From: Negaprion brevirostris
Lineage: Eukaryota
Direction of reading: 5' to 3'
Assembly: GCA_030324005.1 (NCBI GenBank)
Contig: JARDVH010000143.1
Span: forward strand, 20,277,660 to 20,341,659
DNA: 64,000 bases
The position numbers and the translations under genes were made by a program. The notes beneath the pieces were generated by a model. The model was not told the DNA's origin. It was given only the letters and a program-made list of their open reading frames with translations, and did no database searches. Shown in pieces: positions 1-12,801 of this stretch (the first letter of the stretch is position 1; each line of letters starts with the position of its first letter).

Positions 1-132
1 CCCGGAGGAAACCCACGCAGACACGAGGAGAATGTGCAAACTCCACACAGACAGTGACCCGAGCCAGGAATTGAACCTAGGACCCTGGAGCTGTGAAGCA
101 GCAGTGCTAACCACTGTGCTACTATGCCACCC
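1..132 (-). mobile_element. HE1-like tRNA-derived shark SINE (5' part)
   Basis: cccggaggaaacccacgcagacac...gcagcagtgctaaccactgtgc is the reverse complement of a SINE head with A and B boxes. Confidence 0.85.
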
Positions 133-365
133 AATATATGATATATTGATAAATGATGTAGAGATAGAACTTCTGTTGCAGAAATATTATCAATTTGGAA
201 TCTTAAAGTAAAAAAAATCAATTGGAAATAGAAGTAGAATATTTTGCAAAAATACAGCTGTAAAATCATAACATCTGGAGATAAAATAAGTTAAGATGTA
301 AACCTTCATCTGAATATTGGTATATATGTTATATACAGGGGAATCTGAGTATCTCATTATTTCAC

Positions 366-1260
366 TTTTTTAAAAACAAAATGCAAACTTTATTGTGTGT
401 AGAACAACTTTAATAATGCAATTACTAAGTTAACACTACCTTATACCCATCTATGCTGAGCCCTCAGGTTTACTTTTTACTTCCTCCAAGAATTCTCTTC
501 CACATTACAATATCTTAAAATCTATTTTCTTCTATAGGGAACAACAATAACTTTCCCTCCATTCCTGCTACATTTTTAAAGGTAAAATCTTCATTGACCC
601 TCTTTTGACTGTGTGTACTCCAATCATTTGTTCTGGTTATTTTTCCTTTCCTTCCTACTAGTTGCTTTTTTTGCCACAAGAATCTAAGAAGACCACTGTA
701 GATTCTTCTACCAGTTTCACTGGAGATTCTTTCACTAGTTTCAGGCAAGGCAAGCTTCCAGCTTCTGTTCCATCACAAAATTCAAAGCGAGAGTAAGCCA
801 CACTGGCATCCTACACGGCAAAAGAAGCAGTTAGTTTTTTTTTCACCCTGCTTACAGTGCAGGCCCTATCCAACCATCATTTAATTTGGCTATCTTCTGT
901 CAATAAAATTATCCACCCCAGTTCCAAGCTGCTCTTACTACTTGGATAGCTCTGTCTCCTTTTATAGCCTCAACCTGTTTTATCCTGTCCAGAAGTTTTG
1001 GTTTAAATCTCAGGTTCAGTTTTTGTTTTCTTAGTAACTGGGAGGGTCAGTTTCCTTTCTATTTTTCCATTTTTGGTTTCTGTTTTTGGTTAAGTGATGT
1101 GTTTTTTAAATTTTTCCTCCTGTTGTTTGATAGCTATCTCTCTTCTATCCTGATCTTTTAAATATAATAACTTCTCAACTTGTTTATTCATCCCATTTTC
1201 GAGTTAAACATTAAGTCCTTGAAACCACAAGTTTTATTCTAAAACATGTGAGACATGGAC
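366..1260 (-). mobile_element. Old L1/Tx1-like LINE 3' remnant
   Basis: A-rich minus strand with aataaag near 390. An ILVAKK motif near 660-690 resembles the ORF2 C-terminus. Heavily degraded. Confidence 0.4.
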
Positions 1261-1339
1261 TAGATATTCACAACAAGGTATAGTAGTCCAATCATGTTAC
1301 CTTCTTAATGATTGCTGGCAGACGTGTCAGGGCAATAAC

Positions 1340-2300
1340 AGCAACTTGCATTTATATGCTGCCTTTAAGATCGTGAAACATCCCAAAATGCTTCAGAGTG
1401 TTGACAAACAGGATTTAACACCTGGCCACATATGGAGGTACTAGAACAAGTGAGGTAGGTTTGAAAGAGATGTTAAAGGAGAGAGTGAGGTATAGGAGAG
1501 AGAATTCCAGAGTTTGGGGCCTAGGCAACTGAAGGTAGAGGGATTAAAATCCATGATGTACAGAATGGAGGAGTTTAAAAAATGCAGCGGTTTCTAGGTC
1601 TAAAGAAGGTTACAGTGATAGGGAGCAATGACATCATGGAAAGATATGAAAATGAGGATGAGAATTTAATAATTGAGACGTTGCCAGACCAGGAACTCTT
1701 TAGGTCAGCGAGCACAGGGGGTGTTGGGTGAATAGGACTTAGTACAAGTTAAGGTAAAAACAGTTGAGTGAAGGGAGAAGTGGAATGGTCAAATGCAGAG
1801 GTTATGAAGACATCGATGAAGGTAGATAAATCGAGGTAGCAGAGGAGCTGCTCTATATTACTGAGGGTGAGGTAGTCAGTCTTGGTGATGGAACAGATTG
1901 GTGGGTGGAAGCTCATTTATAGGTCAAATAGGATGCCAAAGTTGCAAACAATTTGGTTTTGTCTCAGTGATTTTAATCAGGAATAGAAACCATAGCTAGG
2001 GAACAGAGTTTGTAGCAGGAACCTAAATCAATGGATCAAAGCAAATTACTGTGGATGCTGGAATCTGAAACCAAAAGAGGAAATGCTGGAAAATCTCAGC
2101 AGGTCTTGCACCATCTGTAGGGAGAAAAAGAGAGAAAAAAGCTGACAGTTCGACAAAGCTTAGACGGGGGTCATCTGGACTCGAAACATCAGCTCTTTTC
2201 TCTCCTTACAGATGCCGCCAGACGTGTTGGGACTTTCCAGCATTTTCTCTTTTGAGATCTAAATCAATGGTTTTGGCCCTTCCTGATATTTAATTGGAGG
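1340..2300 (-). mobile_element. Old L2-clade LINE 3' remnant
   Basis: Tail acttgcatttatatgctgccttt...aaacatcccaaaatgctt, then purine-rich L2-like sequence (gagaattccagagtttggggcctaggcaactgaagg). Confidence 0.6.
2035..2258. mobile_element. Palindromic Penelope-like mini-element with 12-bp TSD, inserted in an old L2 LINE
   Basis: Arms gctggaaaatctcagcaggtc...ctgtagggagaaaa and ttttctctccttacagatg...ttccagcattttctctt. TSD ctaaatcaatgg at 2023-2034 and 2259-2270. Confidence 0.7.
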
Positions 2301-3516
2301 ACAGTCCCTGGGATTTTACCTCATTTGGAAGTTTTTGATTTCCCCTTTTTCTGGAAGTTTCTAAGATATTACAAGTGTTATGTCTGCACACACTTCCTAT
2401 CTCCAAAACCTTACTTTTTGCTTTCAGTTCTTTATTATGCTTTTGTGAAACAAAAAATCCTGATGTAAATTCCCTTGTTCACACTCATTATGGAAGCTAG
2501 AATGTTTCTGAATGGAAGAAAATATTTTAGAGAACTTTTCTGACTTCCTATTCAAAGCAAAATGATAAACGCATTCTTTCTCCTCCCATTTTATGGTTTT
2601 GCTACAAACAACAGAGGAATGTTTTTCCAATGTTACCTCGAGTCTAACAGATGATTACAAGCATGTCCAAAGCTGTAATGTGCTTGAGGGTTTGGATAAC
2701 ACATCTGAACCCTGAGTGCACTTTGCTATTGAAGACATTCCAGGCACATTTTATTCTCTTCAATGCTTAATTTACTGGGGTTTTTTCCTATTAGTGTGGT
2801 AAATGTCTGCTTTTATTGTCTGGCAATTCTCACCAGCTTCTCCTCTCTGGTTTTTAAATCTGCTATAGCAAATTTAGCAACTGTTTACCTAGTGATTTTT
2901 TTTCAATGAGCTTTTTCTTTGTATTGTTATCTTCCATTTCTGATGCAAATTCTTCCCCTGCCACCGAGTGTTAGATTTTTGCTTAGTCTCCTGTGAAGAC
3001 TCGTTCTACAAGTTTATATGCCTGGGGTGGGTAGTGGGAGAAGTGAAGTTAAGTAATGTGCAGACTGTATTTTATTAAAATAATATCCTGCTTTATTTGA
3101 CAATCATATTCATAGATACTATGAGGAACTTGTAAAAACGGACTGGTTATTTTATGGATGACATGCAGGCAGCAATGCATTAGAAATTTGATTATATGAG
3201 AACTAACCCCAATTACACCAGATTATTTATTCCAGATTTGTTAGAGAGTAAATGTAAAGAAAAATGGAGAGGGCGGGAGTGTGGAACTGAGCCACGACAG
3301 ATCAGCCATGATCTTATTGAATGGCGGGGCAGGCTCGAAGGNNNNNNNNNNNNNNNNNNNNNNNNNNNNNNNNNNNNNNNNNNNNNNNNNNNNNNNNNNN
3401 NNNNNNNNNNNNNNNNNNNNNNNNNNNNNNNNNNNNNNNNNTTGAATGGCGGGGCAGGCTCGAAGGGCTGGATGGCCTACTCCTGCTCCTATTTCTTATG
3501 TTCTTATGTTCTTATA

Positions 3517-4036
3517 TAGGCCAGAGTTCTCCTACCATTCATGTCCCGCCACTGCAAAAGTGAAAACAGAGAATTTAGCGCTCAGCCAAATCTTCATTCA
3601 CTGCAGTGGGACAGGAGATTCCCAGCTGCAGGCGATGTTGAAGAATCCAGCCCATAATATTTTTTAAAATTTATTTAACGTTGACATTGCCTCAAGGAAA
3701 TGAGTGTCAGAATTTCTTCTGTTTTTGTTACTGTCCAAAGATGTGCTGGTTTATGTGGATTGGCTATGCCAAATTGCTTCTTAATGTCCCAAAAGGACAT
3801 GTAAAGCTGTCTTAAAAGAAAAAAAGATAGGATCTTATGTATTATAAGTTATTTACACATATCCAAATCACTGGTTAGGCTGCAAGCGGGACATAAATCA
3901 AGGCTGGAATTCTCTGGTGCCATAAGTCCCGTCACCTCTGCCAGCGAGAACAGAGGATCTGGCGCTTAGCCAAATCTTCATTCACACCAGTGGGACCGGA
4001 AAATCCCAGCCAGGTCGAGGTCAGAGAATTCCGGCT
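3517..4036. mobile_element. Two short MITEs of one family (3517-3652 and 3900-4036), PIF/Harbinger-like
   Basis: Shared core gcgct(c/t)agccaaatcttcattcac...agtgggac and TIRs ggctggaattct/agaattccggc. A reverse copy lies at ~8040-8192. Confidence 0.6.
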
Positions 4037-4164
4037 CAAGAATATAGCAAGGCCATGGAGAGTGTATGCAAGTCATTTTGAAAGCAGGGGCTTGCAGTTC
4101 AAGGACTTCCCAAAATATTTCAATCAATGTAGTACCATTTGGAGTCAGACTAAATTCACAAATT

Positions 4165-4390
4165 CAGCAACTAATTTGCACACAGCAAGATCCCACAGCA
4201 ATGAGATGACTGCTCAGATCATTTGTTTGAATGATTTATTTTGAGGTATAATTGTTGTACAGACCAGCTCCCCCTTCAAATGCACTCATAGGAACTTTTA
4301 CATTCATTTCAAGGGAGCAAATGTAGCCTCAGTTTAGTATTTAACCTGCACTTCCAATCATATCACATTCCTTCAATACTGCACTGAAGG
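4165..4390 (-). mobile_element. Deu-domain SINE fragment
   Basis: gcaactaatttgcacacagcaagatcccacagcaatg...ctcagtttag...aatactgcactgaag. Confidence 0.6.
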
Positions 4391-6975
4391 GGAGACCAGC
4401 ATCTCATCGTTGATGTTGACGTCAGCAGGAGTAGTGGCAGGTGGCAGCAATGCACTCACCAGAGACTTAAGATCATTGTGGGAATCCAGCTGAGAAGTGA
4501 AGGAAGATGGGTGTTCTGGGGTGGGGGTCATAAAAGGGTGACTGGAGGCAAGGGCAGAGAGTGGCCTTCAATGCCACCTCCTTCCTGAGGCTGGGTCCTT
4601 TGACTAGCTGAAGAGTCTGTGCTTGATAAACCTACCAATCCTTTCACCTCCCAGAAGGCAGCTGATAATTATTAAGTATGTCCCTATGGACTAAGGGTGC
4701 ATAAAGAATCACTAGGAAGGCTTAATAACTTGAACACTCGGAGCTCCTTATTTAAGTTGTGCATTGATTCACAGTCAGGTCAAAAACTGCCCAAAGGGAT
4801 CCCACACTGGGGGCAGCTAATTGCCCTGACCCACACTCTTAAAGGGGAAGTCCACACTTCAAACCTGCATGTACAATATATACACATATATCACAGGTTT
4901 TATTGATCAACCTTCCAAAGTCAGTAAGGGGACTCATGGGCCTCCATTGAATCCCCAAGCCTCAACTAAGTTCTCCAGGATAATTGGAGTCAATTGGCTC
5001 ATTAATGAGTCTAATTGATCTCCTGCCACCAGCAGCAGAGAAGCCCATGTCAGTTCCTCCCACCCTCCAACCTCCCACTTAATCAGGGGACTGACATGAG
5101 GTGGGGCCTGGTCACCATGTTTCCCACCAAAATGCACTGCATAAAATCCAACCTGAGGTGCTTTCAGCTGTTACTTTAACTTGAAAGAACATGGCAGCAG
5201 AGAAGGTAAATCCTTAATTTACCCCAATTCCAATCAAAATGTCTTCTTTTCAACTTCATTCTTGAACTTTTAAAAACACAGATAGTTGTCAAGCAATTGA
5301 AATGGAAGACACAGAGAGATTTATAAAGGCAGTTGGTTCCTAAGTATAGACAGCTAAACAAAATGTGTCCCCTTAGCTCTTGTTTCCTGTTTTCGAAAGC
5401 AATGGTACAGCCAGATTATTACGAATCCACGCACTTGAAATCTGTAAACATAGAAATGACCTCAATGTGTGCAGTTCTTCTCTTGTGTATACACATGCTC
5501 CAGATACAGCTAGGGTCTGGGCGATGACCCTGAAGAAGAATTTTACTTTAATCAAATTAGTGTTCAGCCATAAACAATATTGCACACTCCTGGTTCATTT
5601 CATTCCTAAATTAGACATGCATGCAGAGTCAGGTGGTCCAAACACAGCCCAATGTTATATCAGTATGCTCCTGCATTGGTTATCAATGTAATTCCCTGAT
5701 ATCAGTGGAGCTGTTGGATGGAAGGTGAAGTGTCCAGGGGCATTCCTACTAGTGCCTGTAGTTTGGCAATAATTCTTTTTAGGAGCATGATAGAGACTGG
5801 TATTGGGAGGTACCACAAAAGTACTTGAAGAATTCATTAACAAAGTACAAAAGAGAATTGGTTTCAAGTTGATAGCTCCCATTAAAGATATAGGATGGCC
5901 TCACTTCTGAATTGTAAATTCTTCAATCTTATAAGTCCCTGGTTTGGATCATTTTCCAACTTTCTTTTGGTTTGTGAATTGATTTAAGGGGTATTCTAAA
6001 GAAAAATGAGTTGAAGTAATAAGAGAAAACTTGAAATGAAAGTGGAAATGGCCAAAAGAGTTAATTTAACTCTTGGTTTATATTGAAATCCCAGTTGGCA
6101 GCTGTTTGCCTTCATAATTTAACACTTGTTTGGGCTGTGAAGTCGGGTGACCTCTGTAATGACTAACAGACGTCTCCAAATTGATACCTATCCCATTAAA
6201 CAGGCCTGAAGTCCACAAGCTCTGGGAATCCATTCCCTGGTTAGTAAAATGATTAACTAGATATTGCCAAAAGTATTTTCAGCTGCCAAGTTAAACACAA
6301 TGGAAGAAACATAGCATTCAGGAATTGAAGCAGTTTGTGACAGATAAAGGCAATTTCAACAATGATGCGACTGCTCAGGCAAGTAAATTAAAATGTTGTA
6401 ATAGACTCATTAAAATGCACATGATAGATGAATGGGACCAGTGGAATATTATAGACAGAGATAGATTTGTGATTTATCTGGCTGAGTTCAGGGCAGATAC
6501 AGTGGCCGATCAGATATGAAATGCATGTCCTTAAGGTTTAAGGGGGAAATACTATTGTAGAGATTTTCAGTTTGACTCTCAGATAGAAGACTGACATTGC
6601 TGACCAGTCATCCAATTCAATTAGGTGGCGATTTGTAAATCCATCCATTCTCTCACCCTTCATACATTTACAGTGGAAAGGACATGGCTATGGCCATCTT
6701 GTTAATGTTTGTGTGCTAATGGATTATTTCTAATTCATCTGGTGACATTAGGGTTATGGTGGATAATTCAGCAAAACCATCAGCACAAAGCTTAGTCGCA
6801 TTTAAAAAAAAAGGCAAAATGACGTAGACACTCATTAACAGAGGGATAGACTGCAAATAAAAAGGAGAACTATTTTCACTGGATATTTCAGACCAATCCC
6901 ATCTGTAATACTCGAAGCGATTCTGGTCTCTCAACTTTCCAACTTTGAATAAAGTTTCAGAGCCAAACAACAAAA

Positions 6976-7147
6976 TGTTGTATCATGCCTTTAAGGAATA
7001 GCAGTGTTCCATTACACGTGGGAAATGTGTCGTGTTTTCCAGTCTCGGTTTCACTGTGGCCTATAAGCGGAACACAGCACCCATTTAGCTTAAATAAATG
7101 AACCTACAATGCATTCACATAATCCCTTACAAGCGATTGGTGTTTTT
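6976..7147 (+). repeat. 5' LTR of the Gypsy element (cut by a CR1 insertion)
   Basis: Starts TGTTG. Collinear with 11557-11780, e.g. gggaaatgtgtc/gggaagtgtgtc, tttagcttaaataaatgaacc/tttagtttacataaatgaacc, gattggtgttttta/gattggtgctttta. Confidence 0.75.
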
Positions 7148-7790
7148 AGAGTCACAGAGGTTTACAGCATGGAAACAGGCCCTTCAGTCCAATTTGTCCA
7201 TGCCACCCAGTTTTTACCATTTAGTCTCAATTGCCCACACTTGGCCCATATCCCTCTATACCAATATTACCTTTGTAACTGTCTAAATGCTTTAAAAAGA
7301 CCCGCGTCTACTACTGCCTCTGGCAGTTCGTTCCAGATACTCACTACCCTCTGTATAAAAAGAATTGCCCCTCTGGACCCCTTTGAATCTCTCCCTCCTC
7401 ACCTTAATCCCATGCCCTCTAGATTTAGAGTCCCCTATATTTGGGAAAAGATGTTGACTATCTACCTTATCTATGCCTCTCATTATTTTATAGACCTCTA
7501 TAAGAGCATCCCTAAGNNNCCAGTCTATCCAGCCTCTCCTTATAACTCAAACCATCAAGTCCCGGTAGCATCCTAATAAATCTTTTCTGCACTCTTCCTA
7601 GTTTAATAATATCCTTTCTGTAATAGGGTGACCAGAACTGAACACTCTTCGAAGTGTGGCCTTACCAATGTCTTGTACAACTTCAACAAGTCATCAACAG
7701 ACATCCTGATCAATGAAACCAAGCATGCCAAATGCCTTTTTCACCACCCTATCCACCTGTGACTCCATTTTCAAAGAGCTACAGCTGTAC
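7148..7790 (-). mobile_element. CR1-clade LINE 3' end nested in the Gypsy element
   Basis: ORF 7292-7483(-) MRGIDKVDSQHLFPNIGDSKSRGHGIKVRRERFK is a CR1 ORF2 C-terminus. A CR1 tail lies at 7148-7200. Confidence 0.85.
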
Positions 7791-9859
7791 CCGAATCAGA
7801 CAAACAAGCCACAAAAATTCACATAAAAATTGGGAATGAAGGTCGTCACATTAAACATTAGGCTTAACAGCAGAAATGCTAAATGATTCCAATGGAAGAT
7901 TGGCTCAGAATCATGTTAAATTTCTGTATTCATCAATTGGAGTCCAAATTATTTTGACGACAGTGTGCAGAATCCATAGACCACTTCACCAGTAGATGCA
8001 GAGAAAAGGATACATACTGTAATTTTCAAACATAGAATCAGCAGGCAGAATTATTGGCTGGAACATTACCACATTCATGCTGGCAGGACTTTCCCATCCA
8101 GCTGCAATGAATGGAGATTTGGCTGGGAGCCTAATTCTCCGACCTCACTGCAGAGGGAGCAATGCATGAACGGCCAGTAAGATCGTGCCCACTGAGTTGT
8201 TGATTGTGTTCACTTCCATGGAAGCAACACAAAAATATCCACTAGACAAGCACAAAATGCATAACATTGAGGGGCTCGCTCAAGGATGGACATAGGTACA
8301 AAGTGATCCTTGAAGGTTAAAGAAGCTGACAGGCCCTAAGCACAACCCCAATTGTTGATGCACTTAAGGGAACACCCAAACTTACCAAGACATGTGGAGG
8401 GTATGGTCTTCTGCTCGCACTAGGGAAATGCTCAGCTTTCCACCAATTCTGTAAGGCAGATGCAGAATGGGGCCATTGGCAGTACCAGTGCATTAGATCA
8501 AAGGCTGATGCAGCTATGAAGAGCTGTGCACTGCTCCAAACAGACTGTCTGCAACAGGAGCCTTAAAGCAAAAAGATGTGGTGTCCTGTCAGAAACATTT
8601 CCATGAGGTAATTGGCAAACCAGAAAATGATGATGATGAAACAAAGAATGGTGACCACATGTCTGACATGTGAAAGTATTAGTGCCATCACATCATCCAA
8701 AGTGTTTGCCAAGGTGAAATTTACCTGTCCTTAAAAAAGGCCAGCAACTATTCATTATCAGCCAAGATTAGCATTTGCCCCTATTTCAATGTACTATCTC
8801 TGCGGATTTTATAACACAGGTATCCACAGAAATGGAAGGCCATGGCAAAAACTAATACTGAACAACGTTTTGACGTACAATGGTTCACTCATTCTAAGTG
8901 CATGATTCATAGTCCAGGATCACAAGTACAATCAATCCTCCTAGGTGTCACCAATGGTTTACATCATGGAGACTAAGGGCCCAGTGATTGTAGGTCTACC
9001 CAAATACCGTGATCTTAGACATTGACAATCCATGGAATCAGCCAGACCTCACATGTCAGATCAACCTCAGGAACTGCTCATTGCCTCAGCTTACACCCTC
9101 ACATTGAAATATCCAGAATGTTTTGGCAAAGTTTCAAGGGAGCTGCAATGTTATGGTCACAGGAAAATCCAGGTTTGTTAAATGATCTGGTACATTTTGC
9201 ACAATGCAAGTGTCAGCAGTTACAAGAAGAAACAGTGAAAGATTTCACATTGCAGAAACCATAAAAGGGTGGCTTGGTTCAATTAACATATCCACAAACA
9301 CATGAAACATTTTGGCTCTATTGCAACAAACTAGAGATCTCCCAGGGAGTCATTTTTAAAGGCAAGCAGGTCATCATACCAGAATCTTTGTGATCAGATA
9401 TGCTTCAGCAAATTGATCACCAACACATGAGCATAGATTAGACAAGAAAACTTGCAAGAGAGATAGTCCACTGGCCAAATATGAACAATGACATTGTGTA
9501 GTTGTCAAGAGTGCGAAGCATGTCGAAAGCATATACCAGGTTAGTGCAAGGAACCACTGGTTTTACATGAAGTTCCTACCCATTCTTGGTCCAAAATCTG
9601 AACTCTTCCATATCACGGCACTAACTTCATCAAGATCCAAGGACCCTACTGTTCAACAATTGCCCAGACAGAACACTTCAGGATATGTGTGAGAAGTGGA
9701 ATATCAATCACACTACTTCTTCTCATTACCCTAGATCTAACGGCTCAGATGAACAAATGATTAGCATAATGCAATCCTAAATTCACAATAGTAGACAGTC
9801 GAAGCAGGACCTATTCTTTGCAATATTGTATTTGAGAAGGGCACCTTTCAGTGCAAATA

Positions 9860-10200
9860 TTCAATTTATTTATCTAAACTTTATTTAGCCAGGTGAGTCA
9901 ATTGAGAACTAATTCCTATTTGTAATAAGGCCCTGGCTAAAAATGCAGCAACAGAAATTACACAACAATACAATTCATATAAACACTAAAATACAAATTA
10001 GAAAGAGAATTGACAGTTCAACAAGTACTAGTCTCTGTTTAGCAGACCCTTAACCCTTCAGCGAAAGGTATCCACGGTAATAAAATTAGTTAGCTTCAGC
10101 TTTTACTGTACCTTGACTCAGTTAGTGGCAACCACAAACTGAAATGAATTATGACCAAAGACTATGCTCACTCTTGGAGTGGCCAATTTGATCAAGTCGC
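9860..10200 (-). mobile_element. L2/Rex-Babar-like LINE 3' fragment nested in the Gypsy element
   Basis: Minus-strand LATPRVSIVFGHNSFQFVVATN resembles a non-LTR ORF2 C-terminus (PRVRTxFGxxSFxF). It ends in a taaa-type tail near 9865. Confidence 0.5.
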
Positions 10201-10334
10201 ATGACTTGATGATCATGTGCAGCAAACAGGCACATACCATTTCACCTACTCTTACCCATTCTGTTCTCGCAGAAACTAGACAGCAACATTTAAAACTGCA
10301 AGAGGAGATGACAACCTGGAGAATAAAACAATAA

Positions 10335-10540
10335 AAGCAAAATACTGCAGAAGCTAGAATCTGAAATAAAAACAGGAAACATTGGAAAAATTCAGCAGGT
10401 CTGACAGCGTCTGTGGAGAAAGAATAGAGCCAACATTTCGAGTCAGGATAACCCTTCATCAGGATGTCATGTTGGCTCTATTCTCTCTCCACAGATGCTG
10501 TTAGACCTGCTGAGTTTTTCCAGCATTTTCTATTTTTGTG
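10335..10540. mobile_element. Palindromic Penelope-like mini-element inside the Gypsy integrase
   Basis: cagcaggtctgacagcgtctgtggagaaagaatagagccaaca is mirrored by tgttggctctattctctctccacagatgctgttagacctgctg. acaataaaa is repeated on both flanks. Confidence 0.7.
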
Positions 10541-11047
10541 GACAATAAAATGTTGGTACAGAATTGATATATTTACATTTGGGGCAACAAGTTTGCATTC
10601 AGGATCCCAGAGAAGGTACGTGGCAACAAGGCATAATGACAAGGACCAAGTACTTAAGAAGTCATTAGACACAAAGACACAATGGTGAGACATAAGCAAG
10701 GACACATCAGATCCATTCCACCTTCTCAATTGCCACACAGCTCTATTACACTTAAGTCAAGATCTCAAATACAACCAGGGTCAACATCCAAGAATGACAG
10801 CCTCACAGATCACTGTGAATAATTAAAGAACCAGGCACAGGCACAGTGGTTAGCACTGCTGCTTCACAGCTCCAGGGAACTNNNNNNNNNNNNNNNNNNN
10901 NNNNNNNNNNNNNNNNNNNNNNNNNNNNNNNNNNNNNNNNNNNNNNNNNNNNNNNNNNNNNNNNNNNNNNNNNNNNNNNNNCAACCAGGGTCAACAGCCA
11001 AGAATGACAGCCTCACAGATCACGGTGAATAATTAAAGAACCAGGCA

Positions 11048-11382
11048 CAGGCACAGTGGTTAGCACTGCTGCTTCACAGCTCCAGGGAACTGGGTTCGAT
11101 TCCTGGCTTGGGTCACTGTGTGGAGTTTGTACATTCTCCTCATGTCTGCATGGGTTTCCTCTGGATGCTCCGGTTTCCTCCCACAGTCCAAAGATGTGTG
11201 GATTAGGTTGATTGGCCATACTAAAATTCCCCCTTAGCATCCTGAGAGGTATAGGTTAGAAGGATTAGTGGGTAAATATATAGGGATTTGGGGGTAGGGC
11301 CTCGGTGGGATTGTGGTCTGTGCGGACTTGATGAGCTGAATGCCCTCTTTCTGTACTGTAGAGTTTCTATGATTAGTTCTAT
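11048..11382 (+). mobile_element. HE1-like SINE with CR1-type tail
   Basis: ggcacagtggttagcactgctgc...ggttcgattcc...ctgtactgtagagtttctatga. Confidence 0.85.
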
Positions 11383-11556
11383 GAAACCTCAAACAAGGTT
11401 ATCATTCCAAGATCTGAGTACACCAGCAGATTACATCTCTGCTTTAGAGAGTCATAAATTTATCAGTCCTATATGCTTTCGTAATGGTAGCTAATCATAC
11501 ATTATAAATACTTATACTGCTTTGGAAGGAGGAAAGCATCTTAAAAGAAAGGAAGA

Positions 11557-11801
11557 TGTTGTAATGTGCTTAAAAGGAATGGCAGCATGCCACCACTGGA
11601 AGGGAAGTGTGTCATACGACCTAGTCTCAGTCTTGCTTTGGCCTGTGAACAGAATACAGCACACACATTTCTGCTGTTGATGGCCTCAAGCTTTCTATCC
11701 AAGGACATGTGTTTTAATATGTTTAGTTTACATAAATGAACCAAGTTTACTCAATCCTTTATGAATGATTGGTGCTTTTATATCATTATAAAAACGCAAC
11801 A
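11557..11801 (+). repeat. 3' LTR of the Gypsy element
   Basis: TGTTG...CAACA termini, directly preceded by the polypurine tract aaaagaaaggaaga. Homologous to 6976-7147. Confidence 0.78.
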
Positions 11802-12599
11802 GATGGGATTTTCCATACCTCCCCCCCCTACAAAACCCATGCAGTATTGTGAGGTAGTGGCGGCAGCCTGGCATTGGCTGGTTGCAGGATCTTCCAGTCT
11901 CACTGCTGTTAATGAGATTTCCCATTATTTGCACCCTTCACTTCTGGGGAATCTAGAGCAGCGAAGTCACTGTCAGTGCGACGGGAAGNNNNNNNNNNCA
12001 GGCTCGATGGACCAAATGGCCGCCTTGTACACTGTAGGGATTCAATGACTTCTATAACTCTAACCTGTCTTTGGAAATGGCTGGGAAATTACAGTGAATG
12101 CAAAAGTAATGCCATTGAAGTGGGTGTTTTTGGAGAGAAAAGATAGAAATGGCGAAAGCATTGTTGATAGATGGAAAAAATCGAATAGCTTGGAGTCTAA
12201 TAGACTTTACCGACTCCAAAAATCCTTATGTGATTAATAGTGTTTCAAGTAAAATCTATCATGATTTTCAGAGTAGTTCTCAGAAATTTTATTATTTGTT
12301 ACGCCTGTTGTTTTTTTAAATCTATTTTCTTCATTATGTCTAAATGCCCTTTGGGCAAAGATGAGAAGAAAGCAGCATAAATTATATCACACCACATAAC
12401 TTCCACCAAATATGTTTGAAATAAGTTATTGATTAAAGGATTTGCTTAATTTGAGAAACCTCAAGTCTAGCTTTTAAAGGATCCGCAATAACTAAGGTGC
12501 TTTCTCAATGATATGCAGGTTAAAAGTTTTCTTGTGTTCAGCTGTTGTTCTGCAGATGCTAGTACTGCTGACTCTAATTATACAGTGCTTGGCTAACCT

Positions 12600-12801
12600 C
12601 TGCCAAAACTACTCCTTCACTGCCCGTTTCCTGCAGCATTTATGCAAATTGGTGGAGACTGATTGGCAGGAGAACTCACCACTCCTACTGTTAGTTTTAG
12701 AACTACTTCAGCAGTGAACTTTGAAGAATTGAAGTGGTATGAACTGTGCTAGTATACAGAGAGATTGGGCTGCGCTGGTGTGCTGACTGTAGACTTATAG
12801 C
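12600..12801 (+). promoter_or_regulatory. Candidate proximal promoter / 5' leader of the semaphorin gene
   Basis: TE-free stretch immediately 5' of the ATG. Octamer ATGCAAAT at 12642-12649 and inverted CCAAT boxes (ATTGG) at 12648, 12662 and 12763. The TSS cannot be located from sequence, and an upstream non-coding exon is possible. Confidence 0.35.

Larger units (their letters stand above)
6976..11801 (+). mobile_element. Ancient, degenerate Gypsy (Ty3/Gypsy) LTR retrotransposon with both LTRs, fragmented by later insertions
   Basis: Gag-like ESIDHFTSRCREK near 7970-8010. Integrase Zn region HQHMSID*TRKLAREIVHWPNMNNDI...ECEACRK at 9418-9530, EPLVLHEVPTHSWSKI, and CEKWNINHTTSSHYPRSNG. C-terminal LGQQVCIQDPREGTWQQG near 10580-10630. 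Purine tract at 11543-11556 followed by an LTR. Many stops and frameshifts. Confidence 0.85.

Noticed and set aside
3317-3466. Repeated ttgaatggcggggcaggctcgaagg around a gap
   Set aside because: The same gap-overlap artefact, within a CR1 tail.
10773-11091. Apparent 110-bp tandem duplication (10773-10881 vs 10982-11091)
   Set aside because: The copies sit on either side of a 100-N gap and differ at two bases. This is typical of unmerged overlapping contig ends or haplotypes.
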